A stretch of DNA of 64,000 nt from NCBI GenBank assembly GCA_048887225.1, contig JBHLJY010000002.1, forward strand, positions 96,001 through 160,000, in the 5' to 3' direction. How positions within the stretch are numbered: position 1 is the first letter of the stretch; the number at the start of each line of letters is the position of its first letter. Shown here one piece after another: positions 28,878-37,645 of the stretch. The position numbers were made by a program, and so were the translations under genes. The DNA comes from Candidatus Hodarchaeota archaeon (GTDB taxonomy: Archaea; Asgardarchaeota; Lokiarchaeia; Sigyniarchaeales; SOKP01). Under the pieces are notes generated by a model, which did not search any database, was not told the origin of the DNA, and saw only the letters and a list, made by a program, of their open reading frames with translations.

Positions 28878-29441
28878 ATGTTTAAACTTTATACAATCTT
28901 CGGCAGGATCGAGATCCCACCATTTTTGTTTGATCAAGAAAAAACAGTATCGGCTAGGATTATTCTTAGTGAGGATTACGAAGGAATAATAACTAAAGAA
29001 TATGGCTTTATCATAGCTGTAGTTGATGTTCTTTCAGTTGGACCTGGTATTATTATTCCAGGAAATGCAAATACGTTTCACGAAGTTGAATTTACAATTC
29101 TTTCATTTAAACCATCCTTGCAAGAAGTAATTGAGGGAGACGTAGTAGAAATAGTAGACTTTGGCGCATTTCTTCGAATGGGACCGTTGGATGGATTAGT
29201 TCACGTAAGTCAAATTTGTGATGATTATATATCCTACGAGCAAGTTGGAAATAGATTTATAGGTAAGGAGACGGGAAAAATCCTCGAAGTAAATGACTCA
29301 GTAAGAGCAAGGATTATAGCGGTCTCACTCGGCATGGGCCGTTCAGGCAAATTGGGATTAACTATGCGACAAAAATTCTTAGGAAAGGAAGATTGGATTA
29401 AAAATGATATCGAAGAGGAACTTGCTGAAAAGGCAAGCTAA
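28878..29441 (+). CDS. rpo7: RNA polymerase subunit Rpo7 (E')
   Basis: S1 domain FGAFLRMGPLDGLVHVSQI; GLTMRQ. Confidence 0.96.
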   Translation: MFKLYTIFGRIEIPPFLFDQEKTVSARIILSEDYEGIITKEYGFIIAVVDVLSVGPGIIIPGNANTFHEVEFTILSFKPSLQEVIEGDVVEIVDFGAFLRMGPLDGLVHVSQICDDYISYEQVGNRFIGKETGKILEVNDSVRARIIAVSLGMGRSGKLGLTMRQKFLGKEDWIKNDIEEELAEKAS

Positions 29442-29503
29442 ATTGGAAAAAATTAGATTAAAAAAAAATTGTCTATTATAGTAATTATAAGAAAAGAACT
29501 TGA

Positions 29504-29713
29504 TTGGAGGGAGAAAAGGACTTGTCGCGTGAAAAAGCTTGCAAAACATGCCACATCATAACTAAAAATGAGCAAATCTGTCCTAAATGCAAAACTCACA
29601 GTTTAAGTGATGATTTTACTGGAGAAGTTATTATTCTTAAACCGAATGAATCGAAAATCGCTGAATATCTTAAAGTTGGAATGCCAGGCAAATATGCCTT
29701 GCGTGTTCGTTAA
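29504..29713 (+). CDS. spt4: Transcription elongation factor Spt4 (RpoE''); likely TTG start 29522
   Basis: KACKTCH..CPKC; PGKYALRVR; synteny. Confidence 0.95.
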   Translation: MEGEKDLSREKACKTCHIITKNEQICPKCKTHSLSDDFTGEVIILKPNESKIAEYLKVGMPGKYALRVR

Positions 29714-29757
29714 TTTTTTCTTTTAAATTTATTTCAATATTGCAAAAAAAATGATTT

Positions 29758-30354
29758 TTGATATTAATGGATTATAATTTAAGTCTTCCACAGAATAAAA
29801 GACATAAATTCTCCCAGCCACTAGGTAAATTAATTGTTGGTAAAAGAGAGGACACCTTATTAGAAATTGAAACTTTTTTTAAAGATTTTGTCAATAGATA
29901 TTCTAATACTCATTTCTATTTAGTAGGAGATATAGTAACACTAGATTTTTTATCAAATCAATTCTTAAAATCCTTTATTAAACTTTGTATAGTTGATGAA
30001 AAAACTCAGAGAAATCGCATAAATATTAATTATAAAGGATTTTTTGAAGAAATTATTGAGTTTCAAAGCCCCGCTGGACTTATACCTAAAGAAAGTTGGG
30101 CCTTGTTAAGAAAAATAGTCAAATCAGAAAAAAGAACAGTTCTTAAAATTACTGAAGGAGAAGAAGATCTATTGGTTCTTCCCTTGGTATTAGAAATTCC
30201 AATTGAAAAAAATGTTAAGAACTTTGTTTTTTATGGGCAGCCTCCGATAACTGACTCAAGACACACGATTCCTGAAGGAATCGTAATGGTAGATGTGAAT
30301 AAATCTATTCAAAAGGTAGTTAAGAAATTTATTGCATTAATGGAAAGATCTTAA
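29758..30354 (+). CDS. DUF359 GTP-dependent dephospho-CoA kinase
   Basis: VGDIVT, VDEKTQR, GEEDLLVLP, YGQP; conserved synteny. Confidence 0.9.
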   Translation: MILMDYNLSLPQNKRHKFSQPLGKLIVGKREDTLLEIETFFKDFVNRYSNTHFYLVGDIVTLDFLSNQFLKSFIKLCIVDEKTQRNRININYKGFFEEIIEFQSPAGLIPKESWALLRKIVKSEKRTVLKITEGEEDLLVLPLVLEIPIEKNVKNFVFYGQPPITDSRHTIPEGIVMVDVNKSIQKVVKKFIALMERS

Positions 30355-30452
30355 AACAAGTACTATTTTAAATTCAAAACATTCAGAGAAATATTTCATA
30401 GGAACTCAAAAAGCAAAATTTTATTTTTTATTTGCAATTTTATGTTTTGAGT

Positions 30453-30809
30453 ATGTCGTTCGATGTAGAAATTTTAGAAGAAAAGAAGAATCAATTAATT
30501 GATAGAATAGAATTAAAAGTTAAAATTGATCATTTCGGAAAAGGAACACCAAATAGACTTGAAGTGAAAAAGAAAATATCAGCATTAAAGGACTTCAATG
30601 AAAAGCTTACAATTGTAAAAAAAGTTAAAACTCATTTTGGAGCAACCCAGGATATAGCAAAGGTATATGTATATGGTAATGCTGAAGAACTTCAATATTT
30701 TGAACCTTTTCACATACAAGTCAGAAATTTGCCTCAAGATAAAAGAGAGGAAGTTTATAAACTTAAAAAACAGAAAGAAACCTATAAACATCTTTTCGGT
30801 TATAAATAA
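30453..30809 (+). CDS. rps24e: 30S ribosomal protein S24e
   Basis: NQLIDRIE, GTPNR, THFG, AKVY; synteny. Confidence 0.92.
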   Translation: MSFDVEILEEKKNQLIDRIELKVKIDHFGKGTPNRLEVKKKISALKDFNEKLTIVKKVKTHFGATQDIAKVYVYGNAEELQYFEPFHIQVRNLPQDKREEVYKLKKQKETYKHLFGYK

Positions 30810-30835
30810 TAAAATAATAATGGAATGAGTTATAA

Positions 30836-31048
30836 ATGACTGATGCATCAAAATATTATAAAATTGAGGGAGATAAATTAATTAGAACTCATCGTCAATG
30901 TCCTAAATGTGGTACTGGATTTTTTCTCGCTGACCATTATGATCGTTGGAGCTGCGGACGATGCGCTTATACAGTTTTTAAACGAAAAGGAAAAAAAACC
31001 GCATCCACAAGACGAAGATCTCCTCGAAAACGCGTAAAATCGCAGTAA
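30836..31048 (+). CDS. rps27ae: 30S ribosomal protein S27ae
   Basis: [22 protein letters not shown]. Confidence 0.96.
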   Translation: MTDASKYYKIEGDKLIRTHRQCPKCGTGFFLADHYDRWSCGRCAYTVFKRKGKKTASTRRRSPRKRVKSQ

Positions 31049-31163
31049 AATTTTTAATTTTTATATAAATCTATAATTATCTTCAAACAATCATTTATTT
31101 CTTTTGTTGTATTCTCTTTTTATAAAAGAAGCTACTTATTTACAAACAAATTTGGCAAGATAA

Positions 31164-32177
31164 ATGAAATTCAATAAAAAAATCTGCCTCGGCATAGAAA
31201 GTACAGCACATACTTTTGGTGTTGGAATTATTGATTTTGAAGGAAAAGTTTATAGTCTTGTTAACGATAATTTTATACCTAAAGAGGGGGGATTACATCC
31301 TGTCTTAGTAAAAGAACAACATTTAAATAATTTTATGACAACAATAAAAACCGCACTCTTAAAATCTAATTGCTCAATAGAAGATATTGATTTAATTGCT
31401 TTTAGTGATAGTCCTGGATTAGGACCAGTATTAAAAGTAGGTGCTTTAATAGCACGTATATTGAGTCAAATTTTAAAAATTCCAATCATAGGTGTAAATC
31501 ATTGCATCGCACATATCGAAATCGGACGCTTAATGTGTAAAATTGAGGATCCACTTACATTATATGTGTCTGGAGGAAATACAATCGTAAGCGCTTTTGA
31601 ATCTTCTAGATATCAAATATTTGGAGAGACGCTTGATTTGCCAATAGGAAATATGCTTGATTCTTTTGCTCGAGATGCTGGGTTGCCTCATCCAGGAGGA
31701 CCAAAAATAGAAAAATTGGCTCAAGAATCGAAAAAATATCTTCCATTACCTTATATAGTGAAAGGTATGGATCTATCATTTTCTGGATTATATACTGCTG
31801 CGAAAAGATTAATAGAATCCAAACAATATGGAAAAAATTATAACTTAAATGATATAGCATATTCAGTTCAAGAAACTTGCTTTGCGATGTTAACAGAGGT
31901 TACCGAAAGAGCCTTAGCACATACAGAAAAAAATGAAGTTCTATTAACTGGTGGAGTTGCTGCAAATAAAAGATTACAAAATATGATTGAGTATATTAGC
32001 AATGAGCATAACGCGAGATTTGAAGTAGTACCTTTCAAATACGCTGGAGATAATGGAGCTATGATTGGCTGGACTGGTATTTTACGATATGAATCGGAAG
32101 GAGGTCAAAATATCTCAGAAACAATTATAAAACCCAAAAAAAGAATGGACCAGATTACTGTACCATGGAGGTCTTAG
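31164..32177 (+). CDS. kae1: KEOPS t6A transferase Kae1
   Basis: LGIESTAHT, VNHCIAHIE, LYVSGGNT, GDNGAMI. Confidence 0.97.
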   Translation: MKFNKKICLGIESTAHTFGVGIIDFEGKVYSLVNDNFIPKEGGLHPVLVKEQHLNNFMTTIKTALLKSNCSIEDIDLIAFSDSPGLGPVLKVGALIARILSQILKIPIIGVNHCIAHIEIGRLMCKIEDPLTLYVSGGNTIVSAFESSRYQIFGETLDLPIGNMLDSFARDAGLPHPGGPKIEKLAQESKKYLPLPYIVKGMDLSFSGLYTAAKRLIESKQYGKNYNLNDIAYSVQETCFAMLTEVTERALAHTEKNEVLLTGGVAANKRLQNMIEYISNEHNARFEVVPFKYAGDNGAMIGWTGILRYESEGGQNISETIIKPKKRMDQITVPWRS

Positions 32178-32183
32178 AATTCG

Positions 32184-32882
32184 ATGAGTTCAAATATTAC
32201 AAGAGATAAAATCATACGTAAAGGTGCTGAAGCAAATCTTTATTATGGTCATTGGTTTGATAAGGAAGTTATTTTTAAATACCGTATCCCTAAAAGATAT
32301 CGGATTGAGGAACTTGATAAAAGAATTAGAAATGCTCGTACATTAAATGAAGCTCGTGCATTAATTAGAGTAAAAAATTATAGATTAAATGTCCCTCAAG
32401 TCTACGAAATTGATACAAAAAATTCAATAATAGTAATGAAATTCATAAAAGGCGAAAAATTGAAAGACAATCTAAAAACTTTGGAAAACACAAAAAAAAA
32501 GGAGATTTTTGAAAGTATTGGTGTCTTTGTCGCTATTTTACATATGAATGGGCATATCCATGGTGATATCACAACCAGCAATATTATTATCACAAAAAAT
32601 CAAAAAATTTTTTTTATTGATTTTGGACTTCATGAATACTCTGATTCTATCGAAAATAAAAGTGTTGACATTCATTTATTAAAAAGAGTATTAATTTCCA
32701 CTCATGGTAAAGATTATAATATATGTTTTGATTCATTTCTAAAAGGATATCAAGCGGAATATAGTAAAATGGACGCAAAAGAATGTCAACAAATAATAAG
32801 AAACACAGAAGTAATTGAAACAAGGGGACGATATGTAAGGAAATCAGAAAGAAAATCATTGGGTAGATATGATAGACTGTAA
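32184..32882 (+). CDS. bud32: KEOPS kinase Bud32
   Basis: GAEA, HGDITTSN, IDFGL, RGRY. Confidence 0.96.
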   Translation: MSSNITRDKIIRKGAEANLYYGHWFDKEVIFKYRIPKRYRIEELDKRIRNARTLNEARALIRVKNYRLNVPQVYEIDTKNSIIVMKFIKGEKLKDNLKTLENTKKKEIFESIGVFVAILHMNGHIHGDITTSNIIITKNQKIFFIDFGLHEYSDSIENKSVDIHLLKRVLISTHGKDYNICFDSFLKGYQAEYSKMDAKECQQIIRNTEVIETRGRYVRKSERKSLGRYDRL

Positions 32883-33146
32883 TACTGATTTTTAATAAAA
32901 TTTTTTCAATAATAATATATACTTGAATATAAAACGTTCAATATCTTTCCTTACTTCTGATATAGAGTGCTTTATATAGAAGCAAATATATATATAACAA
33001 TTCTAATTATTATTATTATATTTGAAAATAATAGAAATATATGAATGGGCTTTTCGCTATCAGATATAATACCAAATAAAAAATTCGGGTTAATATAAAA
33101 CTTCAAATATCACATTATTTAAAATATTTTAATGGAAGCGAATTAA

Positions 33147-33371
33147 ATGAGAGAGAAAAAAAAAGAAAAAACCAAAACTCCAATGAGAAACATTACTATA
33201 AATATTCCAGATATATATGATAAAAATATTCAATGGTTAATTTCTAAAAAAATAATCGCCAGTAGGTCTGAGGCCATTAGGACTGCTCTAAGAGAATATT
33301 TACATTCTGAATATGGAAATAATCTAGAGTTGCTGGGATATGCTCCTACTGAAAATGTAGATCAAAAATAG
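33147..33371 (+). CDS. Ribbon-helix-helix (CopG/Arc) regulator
   Basis: ITINIP...SRSEAIRTALREYL. Confidence 0.88.
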   Translation: MREKKKEKTKTPMRNITINIPDIYDKNIQWLISKKIIASRSEAIRTALREYLHSEYGNNLELLGYAPTENVDQK

Positions 33372-33384
33372 CTTTTATTTTTAT

Positions 33385-33624
33385 TTATCGTCTTATTTTC
33401 CTTGCTTCTCTTTCTACTTCTCGCAAGACGACTATGTCATCTAATCGCACAGGACCTTTCACATTTCTAGTAAGAATTCGATTTTTATCAGGACCTTCAA
33501 GAATTCGAACTTTTATCTGAGTGATTTCCCCTGTAAGTCCTGTACGCCCAATAACAGCAATAACTTGAGCAAGAATGGATTGATCATTTAATTCTATTCC
33601 TTTTGATTTGTCAAATTTAACCAG
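33385..33624 (-). CDS. rps28e: 30S ribosomal protein S28e, probable CTG start (not in ORF track)
   Basis: Manual translation: [57 protein letters not shown]; follows rpl7ae. Confidence 0.95.
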   Translation of the reverse strand: MVKFDKSKGIELNDQSILAQVIAVIGRTGLTGEITQIKVRILEGPDKNRILTRNVKGPVRLDDIVVLREVEREARKIRR

Positions 33625-33640
33625 GTTAATTTTCCCCCTA

Positions 33641-34012
33641 TTATTTTTTTATTACTTCAAGCTGCTTTATTATATCATCTAATATATTCTCATTTCCCGT
33701 ACCAACATTATCAACGGCGATTGATGAAGCGCCAACATTCAAATTTACAGCATTTCCTAAGTTTTTTCTGCTCGAAATATACGTATAAGGAATGTTCTTT
33801 TCTTCACATAATAGTGGCACATGATATAATATCTCTGGAGGATTAACATCTTCAGCCATAACGACTATTTTGGCCTGTCCTCGTTCTATAGATTTTGTAA
33901 CTTCGTTCATGCCTTTCCTTATTTTTGAATCCTTTGTTTCGGCGATACTATTTAATATATTCTTAATTTGATCCTTTAATTTATCAGGAACTTTAAACTT
34001 AACATAAGACAT
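33641..34012 (-). CDS. rpl7ae: 50S ribosomal protein L7Ae
   Basis: [15 protein letters not shown]; AEDVNPPEI. Confidence 0.96.
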   Translation of the reverse strand: MSYVKFKVPDKLKDQIKNILNSIAETKDSKIRKGMNEVTKSIERGQAKIVVMAEDVNPPEILYHVPLLCEEKNIPYTYISSRKNLGNAVNLNVGASSIAVDNVGTGNENILDDIIKQLEVIKK

Positions 34013-34165
34013 TTAATTCACATCTCATTCTAATATATTAATATATATTTTCATTAATCATAGAGATTTTAATGAGAAAATTAGTACATAATATAAAATA
34101 AAATTTATGATTTAAAGCTGAAAACATTAAAATTTTTTTAGGATGTTTCTTTTTAATTATTTATA

Positions 34166-34366
34166 ATGATTATACCTATACGATGCTTCTCCTGTAATAA
34201 GCTCATTGCCCATGTTTATCAACCATATCTGGATTTATTAGAAAAGGGCGTAAGTTCTGAGGATGCTTTTGAACAATTAGGTATAGAGCGCTTTTGTTGT
34301 AAACGCATGATTGTGGCGCACGTTGATTTGATAGATGACTTACTAAAGTTTCCTCGCCTGCAATAA
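34166..34366 (+). CDS. rpo10: RNA polymerase subunit Rpo10 (N)
   Basis: MIIPIRCFSC...RFCCKRM. Confidence 0.96.
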   Translation: MIIPIRCFSCNKLIAHVYQPYLDLLEKGVSSEDAFEQLGIERFCCKRMIVAHVDLIDDLLKFPRLQ

Positions 34367-34472
34367 GAGAAAAAATATTTGGTTTGATTTAGATTAAATT
34401 ATATTGAATTTAAATTAAACACAAATTTTATTCTATATTAGATTTTTAAAAGAATAATGAAGTTAGAAATAA

Positions 34473-34655
34473 TCAGTGCTTACCGTAATAAATAGTCCAG
34501 CGCGTTTTTCTTGGGTTCTTATTGTATTTTAACATTGCTTTTCTACATTTTGCTGTACAGAAATTCAAGATATTACCATCTCTTTTAATAAACATTACTC
34601 CTCGCCCAATTGGTATATCATATCCGCAGAAACTACACTTTTTAACCTTAACCAT
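34473..34655 (-). CDS. rpl24e: 50S ribosomal protein L24e
   Basis: CSFCG..I..GRG...FCTAKC..NPRKTRWT. Confidence 0.95.
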   Translation of the reverse strand: MVKVKKCSFCGYDIPIGRGVMFIKRDGNILNFCTAKCRKAMLKYNKNPRKTRWTIYYGKH

Positions 34656-34665
34656 AAGAATTCAA

Positions 34666-35067
34666 CTATTCTTTTGTTTTAAAAAGTTCGGCTTCTCCAT
34701 ATTTTATAACTTTAAGGTTTATTAAAGTTATATCGTGAGTTATTTCATTACCTCTTACTGTTTTTCTTCTTCTTTGACCTTTCCTTTTAGGTTTATACCC
34801 AATACCTCGTTTGGAAACCAATATTTTTTTCTTCACTGGACCATGCACGTCTTTCCGTATTGGGAATCCTGATGTATCGCTCCCTCCTGTAATTTGAAAT
34901 TCGTAGTTAGGAAACCCAATAAATCCTCCTTTAATAACATCACCAATCTTCAATCCTTCAAACCTAAATTTCTTTTCGTCAATTTGTACTAATTTAGAAA
35001 ATCCCTTTCCAGGACCCGTGTTACCACCAGAAATATTCAATTTGTATACTCTTTTCTCAGAACTCAT
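34666..35067 (-). CDS. rps6e: 30S ribosomal protein S6e
   Basis: ITGGSDTSGFP; GQRRRKTVRGN. Confidence 0.95.
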   Translation of the reverse strand: MSSEKRVYKLNISGGNTGPGKGFSKLVQIDEKKFRFEGLKIGDVIKGGFIGFPNYEFQITGGSDTSGFPIRKDVHGPVKKKILVSKRGIGYKPKRKGQRRRKTVRGNEITHDITLINLKVIKYGEAELFKTKE

Positions 35068-35219
35068 TTTTATCAACATTACAAAAAGAACACTGAGTTA
35101 TTAAAAGAATGAAAATTTAAATATTTTTTCGAAATTTGAAGGCTTATTCATTAGTTTAGCCATAAATTTAAAATTATTTATAGCTTAATTAACTTATAAA
35201 GAAATATTTGGAGTAATCT

Positions 35220-36005
35220 ATGCAAATCTTTGAAGTTATTGAAATAAACGAATATCCTTACATGATGACAAAAGAAATTTATGATGGCGAGATCGTGAGA
35301 GATGTTATAAAGGAGGATAAAGTCTACCTTATCGTTGACCATAATTTGAATAGACTCTGGACATATAATGGTTATAAAAGTTCTTTCAAATTACAAATGT
35401 ATGGTGTTAAATTAGCAGAAATGCTTAGTAGACAACTTATGTTAAAATATAACGTTTATTCTTTAAATAGAATTCCTGAAAAAGATGAAAGATTTCAAGA
35501 ATTAATGGAAAAACCTCTTGGTGGAGGTATAGCACAAGCTATTGGAAAACAAGACTTTATTGAATTTGCAGATGGATTTAAAGTTAAAGCTGATGTTAAG
35601 ATCATTCCAAATATTAACGTGAAAAACGCTTTAGAATATATAAACGAAATTCCACCTCCCGAACATTTTATTAGAAAATTTATGATTGTGGGTGGAAATA
35701 TATATACAGACGAAAAAATTACAGAATCTTTTATTACGGAAGAAAAGATGGTCGAAAAACCATTGAAATTGGGAAGATTAAATAGAGGTTTTACTTTTTT
35801 TGAAGATTACACTGCTCGATTAATAATAAATGATAGAAAAATGCAAGGTATTGAATTATATATTCACGAGAAAGATAAAAGTAAGACAAAATTATTAGAG
35901 GTAAAAATTCCTATATTTGCAGAAGAAAAGTTTAATAAAAGCGGTTCAATGGATACATTAATCAATGCTTTTCAAATACCTGAGGAATTGCCAAAAGAAG
36001 AATAA
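35220..36005 (+). CDS. Gelsolin-like domain protein with C-terminal extension
   Basis: KVYLIVDH..RLWTYNG.KSS pattern and FQELM resemble the gelsolin repeat core. Confidence 0.55.
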   Translation: MQIFEVIEINEYPYMMTKEIYDGEIVRDVIKEDKVYLIVDHNLNRLWTYNGYKSSFKLQMYGVKLAEMLSRQLMLKYNVYSLNRIPEKDERFQELMEKPLGGGIAQAIGKQDFIEFADGFKVKADVKIIPNINVKNALEYINEIPPPEHFIRKFMIVGGNIYTDEKITESFITEEKMVEKPLKLGRLNRGFTFFEDYTARLIINDRKMQGIELYIHEKDKSKTKLLEVKIPIFAEEKFNKSGSMDTLINAFQIPEELPKEE

Positions 36006-36214
36006 AACTCATTCCTTAAGAAAATTTAGGTGAATTTCTACATTCAACATTATCTTAATTATAGAAATTTTAATATTAGTGAATTAACTTGTTTTTATTG
36101 GAGATAAGTATTTTTTTAAATATTATCTACAAAATACAATAATATATAAAGAAAATATCTACAAATTATACAAAAATAAATGATTTAAAGTAAAAATTTT
36201 TTGTTGTGATACTT

Positions 36215-37510
36215 ATGCCAAAAGCTGTCGAATATTATATCGGGGAAGCATTAGTGGGTGATGGTCGCGATCCAAATATAGCTCATATAGATTTAATAAT
36301 TGGTTCTAAAGATGGACCTGTTGGGGTATCTTTTGCTAATGCTCTTAGTGAACCATCAAAAGGACACGGTGGATTACTAGCTGGTATCCGTCCAAACCTA
36401 CTCGCGAAACCAGTAACATTAATAGTACCAAAAGTCACAGTAGCAAAAATGGAGGATGCCAATAAAATCTTTGGGCCTGCTCAAGCAGCAGTCGCTAAGG
36501 GGATTGCAGACGCTGTAGAGGAGGGATTGATACCGATTAACAAATTAGACCAATGGCTAATAATTGCTAGTGTTTTTATCCATCCTGAAGCTTCGGATTA
36601 TAGAAAAATCTACCAATATAATTATGGTGCTACGAAATTGGCGATTCAAAGAGCCTTGAAACAATATCCTCCAATTGAAAAGATATTTTATGATAAGGAC
36701 CGAGCAAAACACCCTGTAGCTGGATTAAGGGTTCCAAGACTCTGGCGCCCTCCCTATATACAAGTAGCTTTAGATCATCCAGCTCTCGAGCGCCAAATGA
36801 AAGTTGTTCAACAATTACCTAAAAGTGATCGAATTTTACTTGAAATTGGCACACCTTTTCTTAAGAAATATGGTGTTGAATCGATTAAAAAAATACGTGA
36901 CCTTGCAAAAGAAAAATTTATAGTTGCCGATTTAAAAACATTAGATGTCGGTAAGTTAGAGGTTGATTTTGCGTTTGATGCAACTGCTGATGCTGTTGTA
37001 GCAAGCGGTTTAGCTTCTAATGCTTCACTCGATAAATTCATTCTAGAAGCGCAGCGTCTTGGCATTCACGCATTTGTTGATACGATGGAAGTTCCAGATC
37101 CTCTTGAGAAATTGAGTTCGCTAAGACAAACCCCTGATGTTGTAATAATTCATAGAGCTATTGATGTTGAGCAATCTTTAGAAGGAGATAAATCTCCTGA
37201 TGCCCAGCAACGACAAAGATGGGCGTTGGTTTCAAAAATTAAAGAATTATATAAAGAACAAAAAAAAGCGTCAGGAAGGGATCGTGTCTTAGTTGCTGTT
37301 GCTGGAGGAATTGAGCCAAATACTGCGCAATATGCCCTTGAGATGGGTGCTGATATCCTCATAGTGGGGCGTTTTATAGCGTCAGCAAAAGATGTAAAAT
37401 TTGCCATGAGAAGGATGCTCCAAGTTTTACCGGGTTATCAAGATATTGACTTAAAACGAATACACTCTGAAGATGATGACCAAAGTGTAAAGAAGGCTAC
37501 ATGGGATTAA
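36215..37510 (+). CDS. fae-hps: Bifunctional formaldehyde-activating enzyme / 3-hexulose-6-phosphate synthase
   Basis: IGEALVG, AHIDLIIG, GPAQAAVAKG, YNYGATK; QVALD, LEIGTP, ADLKTLDVG, AGGI. Confidence 0.94.
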   Translation: MPKAVEYYIGEALVGDGRDPNIAHIDLIIGSKDGPVGVSFANALSEPSKGHGGLLAGIRPNLLAKPVTLIVPKVTVAKMEDANKIFGPAQAAVAKGIADAVEEGLIPINKLDQWLIIASVFIHPEASDYRKIYQYNYGATKLAIQRALKQYPPIEKIFYDKDRAKHPVAGLRVPRLWRPPYIQVALDHPALERQMKVVQQLPKSDRILLEIGTPFLKKYGVESIKKIRDLAKEKFIVADLKTLDVGKLEVDFAFDATADAVVASGLASNASLDKFILEAQRLGIHAFVDTMEVPDPLEKLSSLRQTPDVVIIHRAIDVEQSLEGDKSPDAQQRQRWALVSKIKELYKEQKKASGRDRVLVAVAGGIEPNTAQYALEMGADILIVGRFIASAKDVKFAMRRMLQVLPGYQDIDLKRIHSEDDDQSVKKATWD

Positions 37511-37645
37511 TTTTTTTTAAATCTCGTTTATTCTTTTATATAATTTTGAGATTGAATCCACTTTTCTTTTTTTTTGCAGCTTAATTTTAATCAAAAAGCT
37601 TTTTAAAAACAAATTCAGATTTAAAAAAAAAGAAATTAAAAAATT

